Below are positions 28,369 to 36,582 of a stretch of DNA of 64,000 nucleotides, piece after piece (the stretch's first letter is position 1; each line of letters begins with the position of its first letter). The DNA comes from Bacteroidales bacterium. Its GTDB lineage: Bacteria > Bacteroidota > Bacteroidia > Bacteroidales > VadinHA17. The translations under genes and the position numbers were made by a program. Under the pieces are notes generated by a model. It was not told where the DNA came from. It saw nothing but the letters and a program-made list of their open reading frames with translations, and did not search any database. The DNA lies in contig JBAQCK010000138.1 in assembly GCA_049294075.1 (NCBI GenBank), positions 38,361 to 102,360 of the forward strand, in the 5' to 3' direction.

Positions 28369-29205
28369 CTACACTCCACTAAAGGCGCTGAATCCGCCGT
28401 CGACCGGGATAATGACTCCGGTAACGAACTTCGACAGGTCGGAAGCCAGGTAAAGGAGGGTCCCGGTCAGTTCTTCCGGAGTTCCGAATCTTTCCATCGG
28501 AGTGCTTCCAAGTATTTTCCTGGTTCTGGCAGTGGGTTCTCCGGTTTTTTCATCCATAAGCAGGAACCTGTTCTGGTTCGTGAGAAGAAATCCCGGTGCA
28601 ATGGCATTAACTCTGATGCCTGTTTTCGAGAAATGCACAGCCAGCCATTGTGTGAAATTATTAACAGCTGATTTTGCGGCTGAATATGCAGCTATCTTGG
28701 TAAGAGGCCTGTAGGAGTTCATCGATGAAATGTTGATTATAACCCCTGTTTTATTCTTTACCATATCGGTTGAGTACACCAATGTCGGGATGAGAGTCCC
28801 CTTGAAGTTAAGGTCGAATACCTTGTCAAAACCTTCAAGTTTCAGTCCGAAGAATGTATCGTCGGGGTCCTCGGTACCATCCATTTTTTCAACCTTTGTG
28901 GTAGCGGCCGGAGAATTTCCTCCGGCGCCGTTCACCAGGATATCGATAGCGCCGAACTTCTCGTTTATGATTTTCTTTGATGCCAATAGTGATTCCTTGT
29001 CGAGCACGCTGGCAGGGAGCCCTATTGATTGTGTTCCGAACTCCTTCTGGATTTCAGTTGCAACTTTCACTGCAGCTTCCTGGTTGAGATCAATGATCAC
29101 AGTCTTTACTCCCTGGGATGCAAGTGATCGGGCCATTTCTGAACATATGAGACCTGCGCCGCCGGTGATAACCGCTGTTTTTCCTTTAAGATTTAATTCG
29201 TTCAT
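28369..29205 (-). CDS. SDR oxidoreductase, probable fructuronate/mannonate reductase (UxuB-type)
   Basis: TGGAGLICSE cofactor motif, YSAAK catalytic motif, and a position next to uxaC. Confidence 0.6.
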   Translation of the reverse strand: MNELNLKGKTAVITGGAGLICSEMARSLASQGVKTVIIDLNQEAAVKVATEIQKEFGTQSIGLPASVLDKESLLASKKIINEKFGAIDILVNGAGGNSPAATTKVEKMDGTEDPDDTFFGLKLEGFDKVFDLNFKGTLIPTLVYSTDMVKNKTGVIINISSMNSYRPLTKIAAYSAAKSAVNNFTQWLAVHFSKTGIRVNAIAPGFLLTNQNRFLLMDEKTGEPTARTRKILGSTPMERFGTPEELTGTLLYLASDLSKFVTGVIIPVDGGFSAFSGV

Positions 29206-29229
29206 GTTTAAAAATATTTATTGACAGTC

Positions 29230-29258
29230 CGGCATCCTCAGGTTTTTCCCGGATGCCG
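29230..29258 (-). promoter_or_regulatory. intercistronic hairpin between uxaC and the SDR gene
   Basis: CGGCATCC / GGATGCCG 8-bp stem with a 13-nt loop. Confidence 0.4.
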
Positions 29259-29279
29259 CCCTGCCGGAATGATTTAATG

Positions 29280-30677
29280 TTAGAATCCGAAGTATTCTTT
29301 CGCGTTTTTGTAGGATACACCTTCGATCAGAGGTCTTACAAGTTCATCCTCATCGGGTATGTTTCCTTTTTCTATTTCAGAACCGATATAATTACACAAT
29401 ATTCTCCTGAAGTACTCATGACGGGGGAATGAGAGGAAACTTCGGGAGTCGGTGACCATCCCCACGAATCTTCTCAGCAGTCCGAGAGAAGCGAGGTCCC
29501 TGAAGTGTTTTTCCATCCCGTTTTTCTGATCGAGGAACCACCATGCTGCACCGTACTGCACTTTAACTGCCCCGGAGCCGTCGTTGAAGTTGCCTGCCAT
29601 AGTGATCATTAGTTCGTTATCGGCAGGATTAAGATTGTAAAGGATTGTTTTTGCAAGCTGATCCGAATCATCGAGCGCGTCAATGAATCTTGACATTCTG
29701 AAAGCATCCTGAGGTACACCGATGGAATCCCATCCCGTATCGGGACCCATTTTCCTGAACATTCTGGAATTGTTGTTTCTGAGCGCGCCCACATGGAACT
29801 GCTGGGTCCATCCTCTTTTGTGATTCATCCTGCAGAGCTCGAGCATTATGGCCATCCTGTATTTTTCAGTTTCATCGGCAGAAACCTGCTGTCCCTTTAA
29901 AATTGACCTGAATATAAGGTCCGCTTCCCTCTCGCTGCACGGCGAAAAGAAAAACCTCTCGGATCCGTGGTCGGAGAGGCGGCATCCCATTTCATGGAAA
30001 AAGGCATGCCTTTCGTCCAAAGCCTCTGTCAGGGCTTCAAAACTTCCGATTTCCTTTCCGGTGACTTTTTCAAGCTTCAGTATATACTCTCTGAATTTAT
30101 CCGGGTCATCAGTTTTGATTACATTGTCGGGACGGAAGGCCGGAAGCATCTTAATCTCACTGCTGCCTTTCATCTGAGTGTGGAATTCGAGGGTGTCAGC
30201 CGGATCGTCAGTAGTGCAGACAACTTCCACATTATTCTTTCTGAGTAGCGACCTGATGCTGAATTCCCTTGTTCTGAGCATTGATGATGCTCTTTCATAG
30301 ATCTCAGCGGCATTGGATGGTGAAAGGAGGTCATAAATCCCGAAATACCTTGCCAGTTCAAGATGAGCCCAGTGGTACAAGGGATTTCCAATTGTTGCAG
30401 GCAGGGTCTCAGCCCACTTCTCAAATTTCTCTTTCGGAGGGGCTTCGCCTGTACAGTAAAGCTCGTTAATACCATTCATTCTCATGGCCCTCCATTTGTA
30501 ATGATCGCCGTCGAGCCATGCCTGGCCTATATTATCAAAGCAGATGTCACCGGCAATCATCGAGGGCGATAAGTGGCAATGAAAATCGATGATTGGCTGA
30601 TTTTCTGAAAATTCATGATAAAGTCTCCTTGCTGTCTTTGTTTCCAGCAGAAAGTCGTCGTTTATAAATCTTTTCAT
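29280..30677 (-). CDS. uxaC: glucuronate isomerase
   Basis: MKRFINDDFLL...IIDFHCHL N-terminus. Full length at 465 aa. Confidence 0.92.
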   Translation of the reverse strand: MKRFINDDFLLETKTARRLYHEFSENQPIIDFHCHLSPSMIAGDICFDNIGQAWLDGDHYKWRAMRMNGINELYCTGEAPPKEKFEKWAETLPATIGNPLYHWAHLELARYFGIYDLLSPSNAAEIYERASSMLRTREFSIRSLLRKNNVEVVCTTDDPADTLEFHTQMKGSSEIKMLPAFRPDNVIKTDDPDKFREYILKLEKVTGKEIGSFEALTEALDERHAFFHEMGCRLSDHGSERFFFSPCSEREADLIFRSILKGQQVSADETEKYRMAIMLELCRMNHKRGWTQQFHVGALRNNNSRMFRKMGPDTGWDSIGVPQDAFRMSRFIDALDDSDQLAKTILYNLNPADNELMITMAGNFNDGSGAVKVQYGAAWWFLDQKNGMEKHFRDLASLGLLRRFVGMVTDSRSFLSFPRHEYFRRILCNYIGSEIEKGNIPDEDELVRPLIEGVSYKNAKEYFGF

Positions 30678-30793
30678 CCCTGGTTGTATATAATTTGATT
30701 ATTCTTGATCAGCTGCTTTAAGCGAAAAAATGAGTTATTAAAAATAGCAAATAAAATCAGAGGTAAGGACAAAAAGCCGTTAAGGTAAGTTAA

Positions 30794-30900
30794 TTTTCAT
30801 CATAATCTAATTTTGATTTTAGCGGTATGATGGAACCGCGCATGATTGAAAATTATTTTCATTAAGTGTTTGTGTTTGAAATCAATCATGTGGGTTTCAT
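30794..30900 (+). repeat. conserved ~100-bp intergenic element, copy B
   Basis: Hairpin arms are 30832-30849 and 30882-30898. The flanking and loop blocks AATTTTGATTTTA and GTGTTTGTGT are shared with copy A. Confidence 0.8.
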
Positions 30901-31034
30901 ATATTTCCGGTGAGGAGCCAGGGGCATCCCGGGTAACAAATATGGATTTTCTCTTCATCATTTCAGCCAAAGATTGTATTTTTAACATTCCAAATCAGGT
31001 CTTGTCATTTTTAACAATCAAAATTTATTGAATT

Positions 31035-31871
31035 ATGAAGATTGAGTTGAGATATGCAGTGCATCCTGACGATTTCAGGTCGTATGATACCGGAAAACTG
31101 AGGAAGGAATTCCTGATAGAGAAGGTGTTTGTTCAGGATGAGATAATGCTTGTTTATTCAATGTACGACAGGTATATCGTGGGTGGCGCCATGCCTGTTG
31201 ACAAAGTCCTTAAGCTTGAGTCGGCTGATGATCTTAAGGCTTCTTATTTTCTCGAAAGAAGAGAAATGGGAATGATCAATGTCGGTGGTGAAGCCGAAAT
31301 TGAAGCAGGCGGGGTGACATATAATGTCGGGTTCAAGGAGGCGCTATACCTTGGCAGGGAGACAAATGACGTGTTTTTCAGATCGAAGGATGCCTCAAAT
31401 CCGGCCAGATTGTATATTAACTCGGCTCCGGCCCACCATAAGTATCCTTCAAGAAAAGTCACCCTGAGGGATGCAGAGATTGTCACACAAGGATCCGCCG
31501 AAGCCTCCAACCACCGGACGATCAACAAGCTTATTGTGAACAGCGTCCTTCCGACATGCCAGCTTCAGATGGGGATGACGGAACTTAAGACAGGCAGTGT
31601 ATGGAACACCATGCCTGTTCATACCCATAACCGCAGGATGGAAGCATACTTTTACTTTGAACTCCCGGATAAGCAGGGTATTTGCCATTTCCTGGGGGAC
31701 CCTGACGAAACCCGTCATATCTGGATGAAAAATGAGCAGGCGGTGCTGTCACCTTCGTGGAGCATTCATAGCGCCTCAGGCACATCCAGTTATACATTCA
31801 TCTGGGGAATGGCCGGTGAGAACCTTGATTACAGCGATATGGATGTCCGACATCCCGATACTCTTAAATAA
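31035..31871 (+). CDS. kduI: 5-dehydro-4-deoxy-D-glucuronate isomerase
   Basis: 278 aa, MKIELRYAVHPDD..., cupin His cluster (MPVHTHNRRMEAYFYF). Confidence 0.9.
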   Translation: MKIELRYAVHPDDFRSYDTGKLRKEFLIEKVFVQDEIMLVYSMYDRYIVGGAMPVDKVLKLESADDLKASYFLERREMGMINVGGEAEIEAGGVTYNVGFKEALYLGRETNDVFFRSKDASNPARLYINSAPAHHKYPSRKVTLRDAEIVTQGSAEASNHRTINKLIVNSVLPTCQLQMGMTELKTGSVWNTMPVHTHNRRMEAYFYFELPDKQGICHFLGDPDETRHIWMKNEQAVLSPSWSIHSASGTSSYTFIWGMAGENLDYSDMDVRHPDTLK

Positions 31872-31877
31872 CATTTA

Positions 31878-32681
31878 ATGGAAACTGTAAAGGAATTATT
31901 TGATCTGAAGGGCAAGGTGGCCCTTGTTACCGGTGGAACTCATGGTATCGGACTGGCAATTGGCCTTATGCTGGGAAAGGCGGGAGCCAGGGTGTGCGTT
32001 AATGATCTCAGCACTGAGAAGCTTGCCCTGTGCAGGGAGGCATTCGGGAAGGAGGGTCTGAGTGTTTACACGCTGGTGTTCGACGTCACCGACGAAAAGG
32101 ATGCAGACAGGGGGATATCACAGATTGAAGCCGATGAAGGTCCTGTTGACATCCTTGTAAATAATGCCGGAATAATAAAAAGAATACCGATTCTCAGCAT
32201 GCCCGTCGCGGAGTATAAACAGGTCATTGACGTGGATCTGGTTGCCCCTTTCATTGTCTCCAGACGTGTAGCCCCGAATATGATATCAAAGCGAAGCGGG
32301 AAGATAATCAACATGTGTTCTATGATGAGCGTTTACGGCCGGAATACCGTGTCAGCTTATGCTTCAGCAAAGGGAGGTCTTGCGCTTCTTACAAGGAACA
32401 TGACATGCGAATGGGCAAAATACAACATTCAGATTAACGGGATCGGTCCCGGATACATTGAGACCGCTCAGACAGGTCCGATTCGTGAAAACGGTCATCC
32501 GTTCAACGACCTGGTAATGACCAGGACTCCGGCAGGTAGATGGGGTCAGCCTGAGGACGTGGCCAACGCTGCTTTGTTTCTTGCATCAAGGGCAAGCGAT
32601 TTCGTCAACGGGCATATTCTGTTCGTCGACGGAGGCATTCTTGCCAACTTCGGCTACGTGAAAGGAGAAAACGATTTATAG
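31878..32681 (+). CDS. kduD: 2-dehydro-3-deoxy-D-gluconate 5-dehydrogenase (SDR)
   Basis: TGGTHGIG, YASAKGG, and immediately downstream of kduI. Confidence 0.8.
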   Translation: METVKELFDLKGKVALVTGGTHGIGLAIGLMLGKAGARVCVNDLSTEKLALCREAFGKEGLSVYTLVFDVTDEKDADRGISQIEADEGPVDILVNNAGIIKRIPILSMPVAEYKQVIDVDLVAPFIVSRRVAPNMISKRSGKIINMCSMMSVYGRNTVSAYASAKGGLALLTRNMTCEWAKYNIQINGIGPGYIETAQTGPIRENGHPFNDLVMTRTPAGRWGQPEDVANAALFLASRASDFVNGHILFVDGGILANFGYVKGENDL

Positions 32682-33506
32682 ATTATTTTCCGCCTCCCTG
32701 GCTCTTGCATTGAAATACAGAATGCTTGAGAAGATCGGAAGCAGAGGCAGGGTGATGGCGTTCACCACAGCCGACAGAATAATGTAAAGCGGCCTGGTGC
32801 TGATTTCAAGGGCAGCCGTGGCCTCTTCAGGATTGCTGACCGCCGAAAGGAAACTTCCTGTAAATGGCAGCAGTACCAATCCGGACAAAAGAATCGATAT
32901 AACAAGCAAAAGAATTATGAAAACCGCTGTCCAGCCGAGGTTGTTCCAGAAATTCCGGTGGGCAAGGGTTGCCGTTCTGACTATTGCATGAGCGATAATG
33001 GGCCCTTCAACCATCATTACAGGAAGTATGAAAAGATAAAGGGTCATGATATATACGCCTGCAAATAAAGCCCCGACAAACAGGAGAATAAGTCCGAGGA
33101 AAAGGGCAAAAGAGCCCACAAACGCCAGTATTACAAGTATAAGGAGATAGGGGACATAGTATCTCAGCGATTTCACCAGGCACTTCAGGAAATTGTATTC
33201 CCTGTCAAGCGGATTGAACATTACAAAATACTGCAGAATAACCGTGAACAGCACATTTACAAGTGTGAAAATGATCATCGGCCATTTGAATTCATTAAGC
33301 TTATTCATCATTTCATCCATATTGAAGGTCTGGTAATCGCCGATATCTATCCTGATGAATGTGCCCAGATACTGAATGACAAGTCCCATTGCAAATGAGA
33401 TAAGGAAAAGCCCCACGAATCTTTTCTTATAAAAATCCCACAGCGAATTCATTGCACTGTCGATAGTATGAGCCTTGTACAGGGGGTGATTTTCTATTGG
33501 TTCCAT
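32676..33506 (-). CDS. polytopic membrane protein, unknown function
   Basis: Six or more hydrophobic helices. No catalytic motif recognised. Confidence 0.6.
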   Translation of the reverse strand: MEPIENHPLYKAHTIDSAMNSLWDFYKKRFVGLFLISFAMGLVIQYLGTFIRIDIGDYQTFNMDEMMNKLNEFKWPMIIFTLVNVLFTVILQYFVMFNPLDREYNFLKCLVKSLRYYVPYLLILVILAFVGSFALFLGLILLFVGALFAGVYIMTLYLFILPVMMVEGPIIAHAIVRTATLAHRNFWNNLGWTAVFIILLLVISILLSGLVLLPFTGSFLSAVSNPEEATAALEISTRPLYIILSAVVNAITLPLLPIFSSILYFNARAREAENNL

Positions 33507-33556
33507 TTAAACCTGCTTCAATTAATACTTGTTTACGTTCCCGGCCTTGTTTTGCA

Positions 33557-34156
33557 TTACTTTCCCGGCCTCCAGCCGCGGATCACATTTGCGAAAGGGA
33601 ATATATGACTTTTCTTGCGGGGATTGAATATACCCTCATTTACCGACTTTACGTCCTCGATGGTGTAAAAAGCCCTGGAGTTGAAAGAAGTGATAATATT
33701 TATTACGTTCTTAAGTTCACTGCGGTGAATGATTGAATAGATTATGTGGATTTTTTCCTTTGCACCGTGCGCTTCAATGGTTGTGGCTCCGAATCCGTTT
33801 GAATTCAGATTTCTGACAAGCTCCATGCCGTTCTCGCTTACAAAAACCCTTATCATCTGGATACCCATTGCCAATCGTTCCTCAATTTTCATCCCGACAA
33901 AATTCCCTGTGGCGAATCCGGCTGCATAGGCAACGTAATTAATGTAGTTATCAAGATTCTGCATGATCTTGCTGATTGCAATGATCCATATGAGTACTTC
34001 AAAGAATCCGAGAATCGGAGCTGCTTTCCTGTTCCCCTTCGAGACGAAGATGATTCTCATCGTGCCTATCGATACATCGCAGATCCTTGCCAGAAATATC
34101 AGGATAGGCATGACAGCATAATCGAAAATTTCTGAGTCGAAAAATGATGTCTCCAT
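33557..34156 (-). CDS. UPF0316/DUF2179-family membrane protein
   Basis: N-terminal 3 TM segments (LIFLARICDVSIGTMRIIF) plus a C-terminal soluble domain. Confidence 0.6.
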   Translation of the reverse strand: METSFFDSEIFDYAVMPILIFLARICDVSIGTMRIIFVSKGNRKAAPILGFFEVLIWIIAISKIMQNLDNYINYVAYAAGFATGNFVGMKIEERLAMGIQMIRVFVSENGMELVRNLNSNGFGATTIEAHGAKEKIHIIYSIIHRSELKNVINIITSFNSRAFYTIEDVKSVNEGIFNPRKKSHIFPFANVIRGWRPGK

Positions 34157-34296
34157 GATCGGGTTATTTTACCGGCTAAAGATAGTAATTGTAGTGAAGG
34201 AATTATAGCAGACCGGATTGCTTTATCGATGTGCCGTAATTCCATTTCGTTCATTATAGTTCTTTATATCTTATCTTCGCCTTAAATTTAAATCAA

Positions 34297-35073
34297 ATGT
34301 CGAGATTCAAACTTACAATAGAATATGACGGGACAAGGTATTCCGGGTGGCAGATGCAAAAGGGTGGCAAATCGGTTCAGGGTGAAATTGTTGATGCCTG
34401 CAGGGATCTGTTCGGAGTGGAAGATATAGATGTGTTCGGAGCCGGCCGCACCGACAGCGGTGTACATGCCATTGGCCAGGTTGCTCATCTTGAAGCAACC
34501 ACCGACCTGAACCCCTTAAGGATCCGTTATGGAATAAACGACAGGCTTCCGCATGATATATCCATTCTCAATGTTGAAAAGGTGCAGGATGGATTCCATG
34601 CACGGCATGATGCAGTGGCCCGGAGTTATTTTTACCAGATCAGCCGCCGCAGAACATCTTTTGGGAAAAAATATGTCTGGTGGATAAAGGATCAGCTGGA
34701 TGTCGATCTGATGAATGAAGCGGCGAAGCATTTTCCGGGACTGAAAAACTATAAGTCATTCACTGATGAGGAACAGGAGCAAAGATCAACGAAGGTCGAG
34801 ATAATGCACTCCAAAGTTTATGATTACGGCGATATGCTGCTGTTCCATGTGATCGGATCGCATTTTCTTTGGAAGCAGGTTCGCAGAATGACAGGAGTGG
34901 TTATTGAAGCCGGACGTGGCAAGCTTGATCCGGGAGATATCCCCGGATTTTTCAGGAACAGGTCCGATGTACCGGCCGGACTTACAGCGCCGCCAAGTGG
35001 TCTTTTCCTTGAGAGGGTATATTATCAGGATGAAAAAATAAATTTCACAGCCCGGCCGGTTATCAGTTTATGA
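34297..35073 (+). CDS. truA: tRNA pseudouridine(38-40) synthase
   Basis: YDGTRYSGWQ and the GAGRTDSGVHA catalytic Asp motif. Confidence 0.92.
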   Translation: MSRFKLTIEYDGTRYSGWQMQKGGKSVQGEIVDACRDLFGVEDIDVFGAGRTDSGVHAIGQVAHLEATTDLNPLRIRYGINDRLPHDISILNVEKVQDGFHARHDAVARSYFYQISRRRTSFGKKYVWWIKDQLDVDLMNEAAKHFPGLKNYKSFTDEEQEQRSTKVEIMHSKVYDYGDMLLFHVIGSHFLWKQVRRMTGVVIEAGRGKLDPGDIPGFFRNRSDVPAGLTAPPSGLFLERVYYQDEKINFTARPVISL

Positions 35074-35128
35074 CTTGTGCGACAACTTTTTTTTGTTTGT
35101 CGGGAACAATTTCGTAACTTTTCACCTT

Positions 35129-35176
35129 TTAAAAAAAGATACTATTATGAAGTTAAAAAAAGATACTATTATGAAG
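35129..35176 (+). repeat. perfect 24-bp tandem duplication spanning a start codon
   Basis: TTAAAAAAAGATACTATTATGAAG occurs twice, at 35129-35152 and 35153-35176. Confidence 0.95.
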
Positions 35177-36136
35177 CGACGCGATTTCATCAGGACGACC
35201 TCACTGGCTGTGCCCGTTATTGGTCTTTTCCCTGCTGACCTGAGCAGGATAGCGAGAATAAGTGCTCCCGGAGGTATCGAAAAAAGAGCCCTTGGAAGGA
35301 CAGGCGAGATGCTCTCAATTATTGGTTTTGGAGGCATTGTGGTTATGAACGCCACAACTGAAGAGTCATCAGCCCTTGTACGTCAGGCAATCGAAGCCGG
35401 GATTAATTATTTCGATGTAGCCCCGTCATATGGAAATGCCGAGCAAATGCTTGGCCCGGCACTGGAGCCTTACAGAAAGGATGTATTTCTTGCCTGTAAG
35501 ACAGGCAAAAGGAAAAAAGCCGAAGCCCGTGCCGAACTTGAACAGTCGCTTAAGAATATGCGGACTGATCATTTTGATCTCTATCAGCATCATGCAGTCA
35601 CCTCCCTTGAGGATGTTGACACCCTGCTGGGTCCGGGAGGAGCCATGGAGACTTTCATCGAGGCCAGGAAGGAGGGCAAGATTAAATACATCGGGTTCTC
35701 AGCTCACTCCGTTGAAGCCGCAATGGCCATGATGGAACGCTTCGACTTCGACAGCATCCTTTTCCCTTTCAACTATACAACATGGAATTCAGGGAATTTC
35801 GGCCCTCAGGTGCTGGCCCGAGCCCGTGAGAAGAAAATGGGAATCCTTGCCCTGAAGGCAATGGCAAAAGGCCCCTGGGCAAAGGGAGCCGACAGGTCGG
35901 CTTATCCGAAATGCTGGTACGAACCTCTGGTAACGCCTGAAGATATAAAGATGGGATTGCGATTCACCCTCAGTCACCCTATAACAGCTGCTGTTCCTCC
36001 GGGCGAAGCCGAATTGTTCAAAATCGCACTCGGGATGAGAAACGATCTCAAACCTCTGAAAAAATCAGAAATAAAAGCCTTAAAGGAAAAAGCTGCCGCG
36101 GGTGTTCCCCTGTTCAGTTACAAAGGCACCGTCTGA
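35171..36136 (+). CDS. TAT-signal aldo/keto reductase
   Basis: MKRRDFIRTTSLAVPV signal, then an AKR core (GINYFDVAPSYG, DLYQHH). An alternative in-frame start at 35147 is created by the duplication. Confidence 0.8.
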   Translation: MKRRDFIRTTSLAVPVIGLFPADLSRIARISAPGGIEKRALGRTGEMLSIIGFGGIVVMNATTEESSALVRQAIEAGINYFDVAPSYGNAEQMLGPALEPYRKDVFLACKTGKRKKAEARAELEQSLKNMRTDHFDLYQHHAVTSLEDVDTLLGPGGAMETFIEARKEGKIKYIGFSAHSVEAAMAMMERFDFDSILFPFNYTTWNSGNFGPQVLARAREKKMGILALKAMAKGPWAKGADRSAYPKCWYEPLVTPEDIKMGLRFTLSHPITAAVPPGEAELFKIALGMRNDLKPLKKSEIKALKEKAAAGVPLFSYKGTV

Positions 36137-36150
36137 GCAGGATCGACCGG

Positions 36151-36582
36151 CTAATCGGCAGTGTAGTTAAGCCGGAGGTCAAGCTCGCGGTCGTAAACGT
36201 ACCAGCAGGCATCCTCGCACTGCGTCCTGGTAAATTTTGTCCTTGGAATTGCTGAGTCGACTGCTGTATAGGTTTTGCCATTTCTCTCATAACTGGCAGT
36301 CGCCGTGTATTTCTTATTTAGCCTGACATCTAACCTGTAGATGTCAGAGGGGGGATTTACCGTGTTCAGAAGCACCCCGTCCTCCAGTTCGCCCTCATAC
36401 ACATTAATTGTCGCAGCCGGATTGTTCTCCGAGAATTTGATAAGCAGATAGTCGCTTGCAGGCTCATTGGAAGTGCAATCGCCGCAATCGGCAATCCATC
36501 CCTGTTCCTCGCACGAGAACGCAGCGGCGAGAACCAGGAAAAGAAAGATACCAAGGCAATGTTTCGTGATTTTCGCTACCAT
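36151..36582 (-). CDS. hypothetical lipoprotein
   Basis: Signal peptide plus lipobox (AAAFSC). 143 aa. Confidence 0.6.
   Translation of the reverse strand: MVAKITKHCLGIFLFLVLAAAFSCEEQGWIADCGDCTSNEPASDYLLIKFSENNPAATINVYEGELEDGVLLNTVNPPSDIYRLDVRLNKKYTATASYERNGKTYTAVDSAIPRTKFTRTQCEDACWYVYDRELDLRLNYTAD

Noticed and set aside
28276-28671. 131-aa plus-strand ORF (MHGVRLAVFGLCDF...) covering the heptamer tract.
   Set aside because: It starts inside the repeat tract and runs antisense through the SDR gene. It is low complexity with no motif, so it is a shadow ORF.
30800-30988. Minus-strand ORFs 30800-30988 and 41798-42046 share the peptide ETHMIDFKHKHLM, suggesting a small conserved protein.
   Set aside because: The shared peptide is simply the translation of the conserved nucleotide element. 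Copy A gives ETHMYQIHKHVCI-stop in the same frame, and the flanking residues, lengths and stops differ between copies. Conservation is therefore at the DNA/RNA level.
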